From contig NC_042998.1 of NCBI RefSeq assembly GCF_006345805.1, positions 10,664,001 through 10,728,000 on the forward strand: 64,000 nt of DNA. Reading direction: 5' to 3'. The notes beneath the pieces were generated by a model. That model saw nothing but the letters and a program-made list of their open reading frames with translations. It had not been told where the DNA came from and ran no database searches. Positions 24,590-39,275 of the stretch are shown piece by piece. This DNA is from Octopus sinensis (taxonomy: Eukaryota). A program made the position numbers and the translations under genes. Position 1 is the stretch's first letter; each line of letters begins with the position of its first letter.

Positions 24590-26125
24590 AAATTACAAAC
24601 TGTTTATTTGTGGATGACTTGAAACTTTATGCCAAAAATATGCATGAGATGAAAAAGAACCTTGATCTATTTATAACATTCTCAAAGGATGTAGGGGTAG
24701 AGTTTGGCCAGGATAAATGTTATATGGTTGTGAAAAGGGGGGAAAACTATAAATCAAACTAGTAAATCTCCATGAATGATTTGAATGTTTCTCCTATATC
24801 TGACGAGGAATGTTACAGGTATCTAGGGGTGGGTGAAAACCTATCTTACAATGGCACCTGTAATGAAACACGTGTCACTAAAGAATATTACAGCTGAATA
24901 AAGAAAATTTGGATCTTAGAACTCTCCGCATTCAATAAAGCAGTGACCCACAATGTGTTTGCTGTGCAAGTACTCATACCAACATTTGGGCTGCTTGATT
25001 GGACGCTTGATGAATAACGAGCCATTGATGTGAAAACCCGAAAAATACTAACAAGCTCACATATTTTCCAAATAAACAGTGACGTAGACAGCTTCTACCT
25101 AAAATGAAAACAAAGCGGCAGAGGCTTAATATCAATCCAAAATGCCTTTGAATGTCGTATCATATACTTTCGATATAATCTTTTAACCACCAAGTTTGCA
25201 TACATGAGGCTGATGACATCATAAGACTTGGAAGGCAGCTTCTTGAGCAACACTCTTTGTCTGATAACCTAGAATACATGCTTAAAGACGTCGCACAACT
25301 CTGCCACAACGTATGAATGAATGAATGAACCTATATGAGCAGAAAACTGTGCTGGGATATGTTAGTAGAAAGCTCCGTGATGATAGCAACATCGATCAAA
25401 GTGGTTTATCATGGACCAATAGCCGAAATACTACCTCCCAATTTGAAGAGTATGCATTTGCAATCCAGGAACAGGAAATATCAACCAAGTACTTGATGCA
25501 CAAAAGAGATAAAGATGCGGGGAAAAAGAGTAAAATGTGATAATTGATGCTGACTTTGTGGAGTTAACACCGAAGATATCACCCAAATCATAAGCAGTAG
25601 TCCGAAAATGTCATCACGAAATTATCTACCGATGAGAAATGATGTGGCTAGGACACTCCATAATGAAATCCGTCGGGAGGATAATCGCGAGGACAAAGAA
25701 ATAAGAACCCAGTGTATGGTAGAAGCCATAGCCACTCAATAAAAGGAGTACTAGTAAAACGTCCCAGTGAAGTCCTCAATAAAATGTAAGCACAACAGAC
25801 CTGATATAATGATTTGGGATAGAGAAGAGAAACTGGGCAAAATTGTGGAAATTAGTTGCCATGGGATGTTAACATAAAACTGAAGATTAGTGAAAAAGAG
25901 AACACCTACGCTGCACTATGGAGAAATCTGCAATTACTCTATCAAGTTTACAAGTTCAGGTTTATACCTGTAATTATTGGGGCCCTGAGATATGTAACAC
26001 ACTGCCTAAATACTAATCATGAGAAATAAGGCTTCTCAAAAGCAGAAAAGAGAAAGCGAATTTGAAGACTACAGATCCAGTCCATCATTGGAACTGTAAA
26101 AATCTTTAAAATTTTCCAGAAGTTT
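24590..26125 (+). mobile_element. R4/Dong-like LINE fragment: RT C-terminal half, decayed CCHC motif and REL endonuclease
   Basis: LFVDDLKLYAKN, FSKDVGVEFGQDKC, ELSAFNK, RGLISIQ, FAIQEQEI, LCGVNTEDITQII, KHNRPDIMIWD...VEIS, FRFIPVIIGAL. Confidence 0.9.
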
Positions 26126-26207
26126 ATCATTTAAATATAAATGAATATGTCTAGATACGCAACTATATGCATGGGAGTACATATATAAAGCAAAACATAC
26201 AAATCTG

Positions 26208-27396
26208 TACACATACATGCATACATACATAAATACATACATACATGCATACATACATGCATGCATACATACATACATGCATACATACATAAATACATAC
26301 ATACATACATACATACATACATACATACCATACATACATACATACATACAATACATACATACATACATACATACATACCTACATACATACATACCTACAT
26401 ACATACATACATACACACATACATACATATACATACATCATACATACATAACATACATACATACACACATACATACATACATACATACATACATACATAC
26501 ATACATACACACATACATACATACATACATACATACATACATACATACATACATGCACATACATACATACATACATACAATACATACATGCATACTACAT
26601 GCATACATACAATACATGCATACATACATAATACATACATACATGCATACATACATGCATACTACATACATACATGCATACATACATGCATACACACATA
26701 CATACATACATACATACATACCACATACATACATACATACATACATACATACATACATACATACATGCATACATACATACATACATGCATACATACATAA
26801 ATATATACATACATGCATACTTACATGCATACATAGATGCATACATACATACATCCATCATACATACATACATCCATACATACATACATACAGACATACA
26901 TACATACATATACATACATACATAATGCATACATACATAACATGCATACATACATAAATACATACATACATTACATGCATACATACATACATACATACAT
27001 ACATACATACATGCATACATACATACATGCATACATACTACATACATACTACATACATACATGCATACATACATACATACATACATACATACATAAATAC
27101 ATACCATACATACATACATGCAACATACATACATAAATACCATACATACATGCATACATACATGCATAATACAATGCATACATACATACATACTGCATAC
27201 ATACATACATACATACATACATACATGCATACATACATACATCCATACATACATGCATACATACATACATACATAACATGCATACATACCATACATACAT
27301 ACATAAATACATACATACATGCATACATACATACACATACATACAGACATACATACATACATACATACACATACATGCATACATACATTCATACAT
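26208..27396. repeat. ~1.2-kb degenerate (CATA)n microsatellite
   Basis: Directly visible; source of the MYVC/HTYI ORFs. Confidence 0.97.
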
Positions 27397-28291
27397 TATC
27401 CTTTTGGCAGGGAGGAGACTGGTCTGCGATGTTAATCCCGCTTCGATCCCTGGTGATCATATTCTTAGCCATTGATTATATTCTTTAGAAATGCTAAATA
27501 TATCACTTGTTGCTGGATGGATGTTAGAGGTAACAAAGCCATACAATGTTAAACAATGGCTGCAGAAGAAGTGGAAATTAAGTAGAGTGTGAAGTAGGAG
27601 ACACGGCTTTGACCTATTCTCGTGTCATGGTTCCCAACCAAACCAAATTCCATTGAAGCAAACGGATTAAATTTAATGATTGAGTGCTAAAGGTATAAGA
27701 AATATAACCTGAATTAAAATGTTAGAATATTCTTATATTGACCAAGGGTGAAACTAAAATGGTTAAATCCTAACGATAATTATCTTCAATATTCTTTAAT
27801 TTGATTTTATAGAATATAATTACAGTTTGAACTTAACCTTTATAACATGAACGCTGGTCAATTTAAAAATATTCATACAATTTATTTCAGATTCTATTCT
27901 TAAAGATTTCTTATATTTTAGCACTCGTCCGTTAAATTTGAAAATACATTGATCGGATTATTGCAATGCGATTTGATTGGCGACAGCAGGCCAAGGACTT
28001 ACTCCCTTCCAGGTCACACCTTACACCTTTATTGAATTCTGTATCTACTTTAACATTACACTTCCTTAGCTCCAGGAAGAAAAAGATATACACTTAACAG
28101 TTTAGCGTTCACGCTGAATAGAATCACTTGTGAACATAGTTGCAAACGATCGAAACAGGATAAGGATAATTCTGTTAGTAAAATGCTTATAAAATAACAC
28201 ACTCTATTTGTTGAAGTTTTGAGTAGTATGTTCTCTATGTAAAGTATGTATAGTCACTCAAAAGAATCTACACGTACGCGCGCACAAACAC

Positions 28292-28398
<107 letters not shown>

Positions 28399-29202
28399 GT
28401 TTATGAATTTCTGTTGCAAGATTCCTGATGTGGAGTCGTGTGTTGAAACAGATATTGTATTTCGAGACAGTCATTTTTTTTTTGGCTAAATAAACACACA
28501 CACTATACATATTCGTTCTTCACTCGTTTATTACTGTTCCTATTCTAACTCATGTCCATTGCCCAGAAATCTTTCGTCACACATCTGTGACCACCTCAGC
28601 GACACTTTCCATCTTCGTGTGTGCTCTTGCTCTGCTTATTCTATTTTGTTCTTCTATGATGTGTATCCTTACATGTGCAACGTTAGAGAGAGGGAGAAGG
28701 AGAGGGATAGAAAACGCGAGAGTGAGAGTGAGAGATGGAGGAGCATAAGGCTGTCTGGACAGTGACTTACGGTCCACCAAGCTGGAAGATACAGTTCTCT
28801 AGGTAGTGAATTAACATAGTAATATATTACTATAATATGCATACATGCTTAAGATATCTTTTGCAGTTGAGTGTGGTCATCTCTGAAAAAAAAACATGCT
28901 GTTTTCTCTCTTTTTTTCTTTAATTCCCTACCTAGAGAACTATATCTTCCAGCTTGCTCGCGTTGTTCACGTAACCCCTCCCATCACCAGATCAATCAAG
29001 CAACTTGTGTGAGTTGCCGCTTACTGCAAGGATGTCTCCTTAGGCAACAACTCCCACACAAAAAAAAAACAAGAGTAAAAAGCAAACTAGTAATAAGCGA
29101 TTTATATATATGTATACTTCTAATATAGGGATAAAATTTTATTTAAAATTTCTATCAGTGGCCAACATATGAAAAATACCTTTTAAGGTGAAATTATGAA
29201 AG

Positions 29203-29640
29203 CAATTATAAATAAAGGCAAAAGGAAAACATTTCTTTGCCAATATGCTGAAAAATAGACGCTAAATCGTCTAAACATATAAAGTATTTTCACTGTATTA
29301 TTACACTATGTGTCAAAACGAGGAAAGCAAGCTAACAGAAATTCATAAAAATTTTAGTTATCCCCGAATCGGTTCCGATTTGTGGATTAATCCAAAAGGA
29401 TTTTCCCTTCATCAGCAAGGAACACAAAATGAAAATAAATGAAATACATAGACATACCCACAGAAAAGCAGACGCAAAATCATGACTACATTCAAGTACC
29501 CCAAATATATCCAAGTAGAAATTCCGTAGCAAGCCTCGACACATAGTGAAAATATTTTATGTGGTTAGACGATTGAGCGTCTATTTTTCAGCATATTGGC
29601 AAAGAAAAAAATTTCTTTCACCCTTATTTATAATTGTTTG
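29203..29640. repeat. Inverted repeat, ~105-120-bp arms (29203-29325, 29535-29640)
   Basis: TTTCTTTGCCAATATGCTGAAAAATAGACGCT is present in both orientations. Confidence 0.85.
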
Positions 29641-29654
29641 TATATGAATTTTAC

Positions 29655-32472
29655 TACCAACTTCGTGATGTCATCTCCAGTTGGTCACCATAGGGATAAG
29701 CTTATTTTTATGGGAGACTTTAACGCTGGTGTTGGCACTGACTATTAGGCATGGGAGGGTCACAATGGTGTAGGTCGAATGAACTCCATCGGTCTGCATG
29801 TGCTCTCCCTCTACAGGAAATCCACTCTAAGCATCACAAATACTTTTTTTTCATCAGCGAAATTGTTGCAAGACGACCTAGATGCATCCTAAATCTAAGG
29901 ATTGGCATCTCATAGACTATGTTATCACTAAAAAACGAGATATTAAGGACTTTAACATTACACTTTCCTTTCATAACACCAGCTATCTCTCTGACCATTC
30001 TCTTCTCCGTAGTAATGCTATGTTCCATCTGAAACACATAAGACTACAAAAGTCATCAGTGCCTAAGCACATTAACGTTCTACCTTTGGAAACTGTTGAA
30101 AAGCAAGCTCAGCTCTCTATCAAGTTGGACACTGCACTTAACACTGTTGATATCAATGATGACATAGAATCAACTTGGAAGACTTTGCGTGATGCAACGC
30201 ACTCCGTATCTGTCGAGGTTCTTGGACTCCCTGTTCGTAAACATCAAGATTGGTTCGGCGATAACAACACCGATGTCCAACAGTTTATAGATAAAATGCA
30301 CAGCTCTCACAAAACATGGATAAATGATAAGAGCTCATTCAGAAAAGAGAATGCTTCTAAGAAATGCAGAAGCCAGATCCAACGTGCTTTCAGACAGATG
30401 GAGACTGGTGGTCTGCCAAGGCTACTGAACTCCAAGAAGCTGCAGACAGAAAGGATTCGAAAGCCTTTTATGATGGCCTCAACAAAGTGTATGGTCCTAA
30501 AAAGCACGGTGTTACTCCTATATTTTCATCCAATAGACACTGTTGACTGACAAAGTTTATAACCAGAAACGATGGAAAGACCACTTCGAAGCCGTGTTGA
30601 ACTCCACCTCAGTCACTGATGATGAAATACCAGAACAGTCTCTGGAGCCAACGTTCCTGGAAGTGATAAATTCTATTATTAAAAAGATCTCTTCTGGTAA
30701 AGTGCCTGGCAAGGCTGCTGCCTCTTCTGAAATCTACAAGCATGATGGACAGAAGCTTTTTAAGAAACTGCATGACCTCTTCATAATATTTAGGATGGCA
30801 GGCTGTCTACCGCTGGACTTCAATGATGCTTCAATCCAACATCTTTATAAGAACAAAGGAAACAGAAGTATCTGTGATATTAATTGTGGGATATCGCTTC
30901 TGTCTATTGCTGGTAAGATTCTTGCTCGACTCATTCTTGACAGGATCAAGAAACACGTTGTAAAAGCTATCTATCCAGAATCACATTGCAGATTTCGCTC
31001 TGGTCGCGACATTATTGCTATGATCTTTTTCCATCGCCAAGTCACGGAGAAAGTACGTGAGAAAATTTAAGAGTTGTTCATGGTATTCGTTGACCATATT
31101 ATGGTCTTCGACACAGTTAACCGGCAAGCACTATGGAAAGTTCTGAAAAAGCTTGGTATACCTGACAAAATGTTGAATGTTATCTCCTTTCATGAGGGAA
31201 TGAAGGCTGCTGTCGTGCCTAGTCGGGAATCTTCGGCTTCTTTCGACGTTACAAACGGCACAAAGTAAGGTTGTGTTACGGAACCCTGTTTCGTTTGCAC
31301 TCTTCTTTTCAATGATGTCGTGGTATGCTTTTGGCGACATACAAAGTGGTGTCAAATTCCAGTTTCGAACAAGTGGTGGTCTATTCAATCATCAGCGTTT
31401 CAAAGCCAGAACATTGTTTCGCACCAGTATCGTTCGTGATCTACTTTTTGCAGATGATGCTGCACTAGTAGCGACCTCGTTAGAGGAAGCTCAATAACTT
31501 CTAGACCGGTTTTCTGCTGTATGTGAAGCCTTTGGTTTGACCACCAGCATAAAGAAGACTTTGCCCTACTGCTAAACAAATTCGAGGCGTCAAGCAGAGG
31601 CCACCGGTTCGTAATTGTCCTGACACTCCTATACAGATTAATGGGAAAGCATAAATTATGCGAAGTCATTTACTTATCTTGGTAGTAAAGTGACTTCAAG
31701 CGCTTCCCTTGAGGAAGAAATCGTTAACCGTCTCGCAAAGGCAACCAACGCATTTGGCAAACTCCGTCATCGCCTATAAAATGAAGGGGGTATCAAACTT
31801 GACACCAAAGTACAGGTCTATAAAGCTGTCATTCTTACTACTCTCTTGTATGGCTCAGAATCGGGGATACCCTATAGATGTCACATTAACCAACTAGCAT
31901 CTTCAACAAAGGTTGTCTGAGAACAATCTGCAGTTATTCACTAAAAGACAGAATTTTTAATGTCGACCTGTTTAGCAAGTGTAAGATTGGTGGAATCGAG
32001 CGCTTCCTTATGCAATCACAATTGCGCTGGGCTGGCCATGTCGTCAGAATGAGTGACGAAAGAATATACCAAGTCCTCATGTACAGCCAGCTTAAGAGTG
32101 GACACAGGAATGTTGGTCGACCATGGCTCAGATATAAGGACAAGCTGAAGAGTAACCTTTTAGAGATGAAGATAGCTCACAACACCTTTGAGCGAACAGC
32201 CTTGGAACGAACAAAATGTAGATCGTTGTGTCAAAATGGTATTAGAAACTTTGTCGCAACTGGCATCAACAGGCTTCAGGATGCAAGGCAAAGGTTAAAA
32301 GCGGCTGCAAATATACCTCCTGCTTTGATCTGTAATCCTTATGCATGCATCGTCTGTGGCCTTCTTTGCAAATTGTTGACGGGACTTAAATGTCACATTC
32401 GACATCAGCATTACGACTGACGAAGAAAGAGTACGTTGTCGGAGCCTCATACGTCGAAAACGACGGAGAGTG

Positions 32473-32478
<6 letters not shown>
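29655..32478 (+). mobile_element. 5'-truncated RTE-clade LINE (end of APE endonuclease plus RT), pseudogenised
   Basis: LMGDFNA, MHPKSKDWHLIDYVI, SGKVPGK, GISLLSIAGKILAR, PESHCRFRSGR, DLLFADDAAL, QSQLRWAGHVVRM, C-terminal CxxC; (TA)n follows the 3' end. Confidence 0.96.
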
Positions 32479-32506
<28 letters not shown>

Positions 32507-32509
<3 letters not shown>

Positions 32510-32657
32510 TCCCTCCTTGTTTTTTCTGTGTATCTTTCTGTAGAAGAGCGTAGGCTCGAAACGTAAAATACTTTTTCTATTCAAGAGCGTTATACTAATA
32601 CATCTGTTTGTTTTGTACACCACCTGTCTTCGTCTTTTGTTTTTATTCGTGAACTCT

Positions 32658-32660
<3 letters not shown>
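32507..32660 (+). mobile_element. Family H1 short element between (TA)n arrays
   Basis: Homologous to 36720-36930; hammerhead-like motif at 32533-32570. Confidence 0.7.
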
Positions 32661-32706
<46 letters not shown>

Positions 32707-33049
32707 ATACACACACACGTATGCTTGTAAGTATCCATGAATATACAGAACCATACATACCACAATCATAAAGCAGGTTGTGTGATAATGGACAGAAGAA
32801 TAGTGAAAGCAATTCTTTCGCTACTTTCGGAATTAGTCTGCCGTTTCAATTGTTAGTGATTATCTTTAAAACTCTATGGATATACACAAATTGTGACGGT
32901 CAAATAACAATAGTTTCCTTCATATTGTCAATTAAAGACATGTATTAACATACTCACATAAACACACACACACAAACACGCACACACACATACACGCACA
33001 CACACACACACACACACCACACACACACACACAAAAGGGTACAGGTTTG

Positions 33050-33510
33050 CTCACCAATGCATACACACGCGTGTCTACATTACTCTCCTATGTTTCGTCT
33101 TTTATCTCATCTATATTTCAACTTCCCCCACTCTCTTCCCCTTTCACTCCCCCTCTCTCATTCTCTTTGCCTTTGTCTTTCTCTTTCTTTCTCACTATCT
33201 CCTTTTCTCTTCCACTCTCTGCTTTGTTTTCCTTCTTCATATTTCCTTCCTCACTCGCTCCATCTCAATTATATTCTCTCATTGTATATTTTAAGCTAAT
33301 TTCTCTCTTTCTTTCTCTGTCTCCCTCTTCCGCTCTTTTCCTTTCTCTTCCCCCTCTCTCTCTCTCCCTCTCGCTTTCTTGTTCTCTTTCACTATCTTCC
33401 TAATTCTTTGCGCCTCAAGATCTCTTTCAATCTATTACTTTCTCCTCTCACATCCCCCTCTTTTCCTTGGCTTTCCCTTCTTCGTTCTACCTCCCTCTCT
33501 CTTTATTCTC

Positions 33511-33563
<53 letters not shown>

Positions 33564-33830
33564 AACTATCTCGCACTGACCTTCTTCCGTTGTCAGTCAC
33601 TCTCTCTTTACTCGGTCTCTATCAATATTTTCTTTCTATTACTTTCCTTCAATCTCTCTGTCTATGTCTCTCTCTCTCTGTCTCACTCTCTGTATCTATC
33701 TCCCTCACTCCTCCCTCAACGCACCTCGCTCTGGCACTCTCTGGACACTCTCTGACATTTTCAGACACACTTTCTCTGTCACTCTTTCTCTTTCTCCCTC
33801 TCCCTCTCTGTCAGTCAATCTTGACGCCGG
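33050..33830. repeat. Pyrimidine-rich (CT)n low-complexity tract
   Basis: Directly visible. Confidence 0.9.
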
Positions 33831-34119
33831 GTAATACTAACTAGTTCATTATTACAAAAATCCATTATTCTTTATTAAATTGTGAGAGAGATCTGAAGAT
33901 AATTTCATTAAAGTACAAATCATATCAAATGGTTCTGGAACACTGCAATCATTTTACAATTTTAAATTGGATTTCTCAACATCAAAAGAAAGGCATTCTA
34001 ACGCCTGTTACGCTGAAATTGAGGTAACCGACTTTTGTGAACCCTGAATAAGCTTGCTTCCCAGTTTTTGGTGCCCATTGTATTTAGCATAATCTTTTTT
34101 TTATGTTTTCAGATACACA

Positions 34120-34908
<789 letters not shown>

Positions 34909-34914
34909 ATAGGA

Positions 34915-36560
34915 GTGGAGGAGCTGCACTCTGCTCTTCAGTCTCTAACCAAAGTTCAGTATCAAGGACAGGGAGTCCATTGTTAGGGTGCCAAGTGGGG
35001 TAATCTATAGTTACCTTGATATTTTGATGGATGGAGTTAGCTACGTGCTGGATGCTCTCCGTTATGTTGATTTCGGTTTCTACATTACAGCTACTAGAGG
35101 TTGTTCTAAGTAGAATATTAATGTCATCTACATATCAATAGTAAAGCAAAACCGTTGTGGATAATTCCGCTAAGGTTTGTCTAAGTTTTCTGTTCCACCA
35201 GATCATGAAAAGGCTGGTCACATCTCCAGCCACACCGACACTAATGGCTGCACCTTGAACTTGCATGAATATTTTCCTGTTAAACTTTACAATGTAGTTC
35301 TTCAAGGTGGTTCTTATGATAGCGCTGATTGCATTTGCAATCATTCTTATTTCTTTATTGCCCACAAGGGGCTAAACATAGAGGGGACAAACAAGGATAG
35401 ACAAACGGATTAAGTCGATTACACCGACCCCAGTGCGTAACTGGTGCTTAATTTATCGACCCTGAAAGGATGAAAGGCAAAGTCGACCTCGGCGGAATTT
35501 GAACTCAGAACGTAACGACAGACGAATTACCGCTAAGCATTTCGCCTGGTGTGCTAACGTTTCTGCCAGCTCGCCGCCTTATGTGCAATCATTCTTTTCA
35601 CCTGACTGTTGCTCTCAGGACCCTGGGTGGGTATGATACAGCCCATCCAGCACTCTGCGGTGCTTTTCTTCACTGCCGGTGGGTGGTCTTCCCTTCTGTG
35701 ACCTGGTGGGGCAAAATCCACTAAGGTCATGGTTATCTAGTTAGTTACAGTCATAGCTTAGTTTAAGGAGGAGGCCCAGTTACCTCGTGTTGACTTCACG
35801 GAACTCCATTTCACTCCTACAGATAATCTTAATGCATTTTTCTACAGAAAAATAATCTGTCTATAGATAGGTAGAGTGAAACTTCATCCATACTACCCCT
35901 ACACAATCTATGAGGTCGTTGGAGTGGTTGCAACTATTGATTCTACTGAAGGGATCCTCCGTGCTCACACAGGCATCTGGGGACATTTCATTGAGTGGCC
36001 ATAACACCTGTGAGAAGCAGTAGGAAAGCCCATAACTGCTGGAAATGTTCGCCCCATAACATCGTTGACGTAGGGTTTATGATCTTTGCGTAATCCGTAT
36101 ATCATAGAAACATCGTTGTTGAATGCTTGGAAATTTTGTGCAGTCTGTTTCTTGGGTCGGAGTATGTTGCACCCCATATCCATGTGTATGCCCCCCCCAT
36201 ATCCATGTGTACATTGAGGAGTTTTTCGACTCTTTCATGTTCCTGTGGTGCAGCTTCTCTCATGCTACTGATGTGTTGTTGCATGGTCTGGACATAGTTC
36301 TGTTGGCTGTTTATTGACAGTCTGCCAGACTTGTCCGTAGGAAGGCACACTAATTCCCTGTTCCTAATTCGCTGTTTCAGTTTTTGTAGGCCTTTGGCAA
36401 CAGATGATCTGAGTTGGTGGGTCTCCCCCTCATTGTTCTTTAGTGGTTTTGTTGTACCGGTCTAAGATTTGTCCAAGTCTATTTCTAGCTAAGGAAATCT
36501 TTACCTCTATTTCATTGTCAATCTGTGATGGGATACACACCTTTTTGTTGAAGGGTAAGC
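34915..36560 (-). mobile_element. Penelope-like element RT fragment, interrupted by a SINE
   Basis: CLPTDKSGRL, IYGLRKDHKP, QVQGAAISVGVAG, YVDDINIL, IANSIH-like ANSIHQNIKVTIDYP...LPVLDTELW. Confidence 0.8.
35349..35583 (-). mobile_element. SINE group C (tail C1)
   Basis: 13-bp TSD TGCAATCATTCTT at 35336-35348 and 35584-35596; B-box-like GAGTTCAAATTCC; CCTTTCATCCTTTC.GGGTCGATAAA body. Confidence 0.9.
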
Positions 36561-36719
36561 CTGTTCAGACAAATACAGGAGTACGGCCTCATAAATGAAA
36601 CATTCCCAGTACCAAATAGGAAATATACGTAGAAGGTAATCATACCCCAATACCCTAATTATATATACACAGGTATTGTTGTTAGTAGGCTGTTATGTAG
36701 ACATATATATATATATATG

Positions 36720-36930
36720 TGTATACGCCATGTCGGACCGTTAGCTCCTACATGCATTTTTTCTCTCCTTGTTCTTCTTGTTTCTTTTCTGTGTATCTTT
36801 CTGTCGAAGAGCGTAGGCTCGAAACGTAAAAGACTTGTTTTATTTCTATTCCTGAGCGCCATACTAATACAATTGTTTGTTTGTACTCCACCTACCTTCG
36901 TCTTTTGTTTATTTTCGTAAACCTTCCCGT
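36720..36930 (+). mobile_element. Family H1 short element
   Basis: Best-preserved H1 copy, between TA arrays. Confidence 0.7.
36796..36833 (+). ncRNA. Minimal type-I hammerhead-like fold, CUGUCGA core variant
   Basis: TCTTT-CTGTCGA-A-GAGC-GTAG-GCTC-GAA-ACGT-A-AAAGA: stem I 5 bp, stem II 4 bp, palindromic stem III, GUA site. Confidence 0.6.
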
Positions 36931-36949
36931 TATATATATGTATAGTATG

Positions 36950-37050
36950 AGCGAAACACCTAAGCTTTACGCGGCTCCGGCAGAAGGTAATGGCGAACTT
37001 CTGCTGACTCTTTCGCCACAACTTTCTCTCACTCTTTCCTCCTGCATCCA
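36950..37050 (+). mobile_element. Diverged internal fragment of SINE head B
   Basis: GAGCGAAACACCTAAGCT...CCACAACTTTCTCTCACTCT matches 13255-13330. Confidence 0.65.
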
Positions 37051-37322
37051 GGTGGGGAACCTATTCGCCAAGGAAGCCGGCGCCAAGACAAAAATTACCA
37101 ACGCTATTTGAAATTTTTACGGATCAGTTTTACCATCTATTCACACAATTTGATTTGCTTTCATGATGTAAGACATCTAAAAATATTTATTGCATAATGT
37201 TTACTCTCGGTTTCTTTAATACTAATAATATTTTGTTTTTATTGTTCCTCCGTAGAAAGAATTGTTTTCATTAAAGCTTATGCTTACTTGTGTGTTATTT
37301 TTTCAGTTGATATATCTTAATT

Positions 37323-37540
37323 CGGCGGCGAATTGGCAGAATCATTAGCACGCCGGGCCAAACGCTAAACAGTATTTCGTCTGTCTTCATGTTCTGAGTT
37401 CAAAACCCGCCGGGGTCAACTTTGCCTTTCATCCTTTCGGGGTCGATAAATTAAGTACCAGTTACGCACTGAGGTTGGTCTTGTCGACTGTCTCTCCACT
37501 CCCCCAAAATTTCGGGCCTTGATCCTAGAGTAGAAAAGAC
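37323..37540 (+). mobile_element. SINE group C (tail C2)
   Basis: Group C head and body followed by CCCCCAAAATTTCGGGCCTTG...GTAGAAAAG. Confidence 0.85.
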
Positions 37541-37869
37541 TATATATCATAATTCATCATTGTTTTTTAAATATTAAATGCACGTTCTGTTATTAATTGC
37601 TTTGTAGTATTTCATCTTCTAGGTCTCTGCTTAAAATTTTTCTATTTTAGACTGATGCATTCTTTCAGCACCATTTATCATAATTATAAGAATAATAAGA
37701 ATTAATATTTTATTGCTATTAACAAAGGTAAATATACTTCTTTTCTAAGATTACAATATCTATTTAATTATCGGAGATGATCCGTCTATATAGATATTGG
37801 CAGTGTTTAAGCAGTGATTTTTCATCGCTTTTAAAATAATATACAATCTTTAAGCAATTCCATTTACGC

Positions 37870-39050
37870 TTTCTGGCGCTTCATGTTGCATGTTTTCTAG
37901 TAAATATGTGTCAGAACCTGACACATATTTACAGCGTTTGAAAGAAGCTTTCAGAAGATGAAATGACTGCTTTAGAAGTAGATTTCAATGATAGCATGCG
38001 AGAAAATACATTACAAAAAATTGAACTTATTTTAAGAGAAAATGGAACAATCCCACCCCACTGCCACTGAGTACACCAAACATGAATATTTTCAACATTA
38101 CTACAAGCAATCCAGTCATTCTGCAAGATCTTAGAAATTTTCCACAGATTGAACAAATGAGTTTCTTCGATGAAAGTGTCAAAAAATCAAATTGTGGTCA
38201 ATAGGTATCATTCCAGATCATTAAAGAGGCAATTCACAATTCAAAAGCAGATATTCACAGTCACAAGATTCTTACTGCTAAAACTTACTTTCTTTATTGA
38301 TGGACCGGGTGGGTCAGGTAAAACGTTTCTCTATAGTATCATTCTTTCCTACGTCTGCAAAGAAGGAAATATTGCAATAGCCACTGAATCATCTGCTATA
38401 GCTCATTGCTACTTAATGGGGGTACCACAGCTCATTCCGCTTTCTGTTTTCCCTTCAATCCAGTTAATGGTGCCACATGTAATGTATCCATACAGAGTGA
38501 CAAAGCAACTTATATTATTCAGGCTGATGTCATAATTTGGGATGAACTTCCTATGTCTCACCGCTTCCTCGCAGAGGCATTGGATAGAATATTAAGAGAT
38601 CTTATGAAAACAGTTGACCCTAGGTTTGAACATGTTCTGTTTAGTGGAAAAGTAATAATTTTCGGTGGGAGTCTTCGACAAATATTAGCTGTCATTAAAC
38701 ATGGCAGCAGACCACAGATTAATAATTCATCTTTATAGAAGCATGTAAAAAACTTCAGATGAAAAAATATGCGACTAAAATCATATACACAGAATTCAGA
38801 AGATCAAAACAACCAAATTCAGTTCAGCAACTTATACTTCGTGTAGGAAATGGTTCTGTTGTAGAAGAAGCAAATGATGAAATTATTATACTCCAGGGAT
38901 GTAACATTGTTCATGATTTTAATGACCTCATTTCCTTGGTTTTCTATAAGAATGCATTGCAGAGCCAGAAAAAGTTTTAGAAATTGTTGTTTTGGCACAC
39001 AAAAATGTTGATGCTGATTTCATTAATGTGGAAATAATAAAACTATTTCC
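37870..39050 (+). mobile_element. Helitron PIF1-family helicase fragment (pseudogene)
   Basis: FFIDGPGGSGKTFLY (Walker A), LLNGGTTAHSAF, IIWDELPMSHR, LDRILRDLM, FSGKVIIFGGSLRQIL. Confidence 0.9.
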
Positions 39051-39275
39051 AGGTTTCTATTATAATATAGACATTTGAATAGACTTTATCCATTTATTAG
39101 CTCTTTCGGAAGGCAAACCAATAAGTACCAACTATCATAAAAACCAGCTAATTTTTCCTATGATCAACTACAGCCTAAGCACCAGCATATATCCAGACAG
39201 TTACTCACTCATGTAAATATAAATATCATTCATCTCTTCTAAGTCAATTATGAATTCTAATATTCTTATATTTCA

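Noticed and set aside
26069-27488. Many long MYVC/HTYI ORFs, up to 265 aa
   Set aside because: (CATA)n lacks stops in several frames; the same holds for 34068-35003, 45666-46068 and 53783-54083.
38170-38980. Host PIF1 helicase gene
   Set aside because: Frameshifted and intronless, with Helitron-type flanking peptide; it is a transposon relic.
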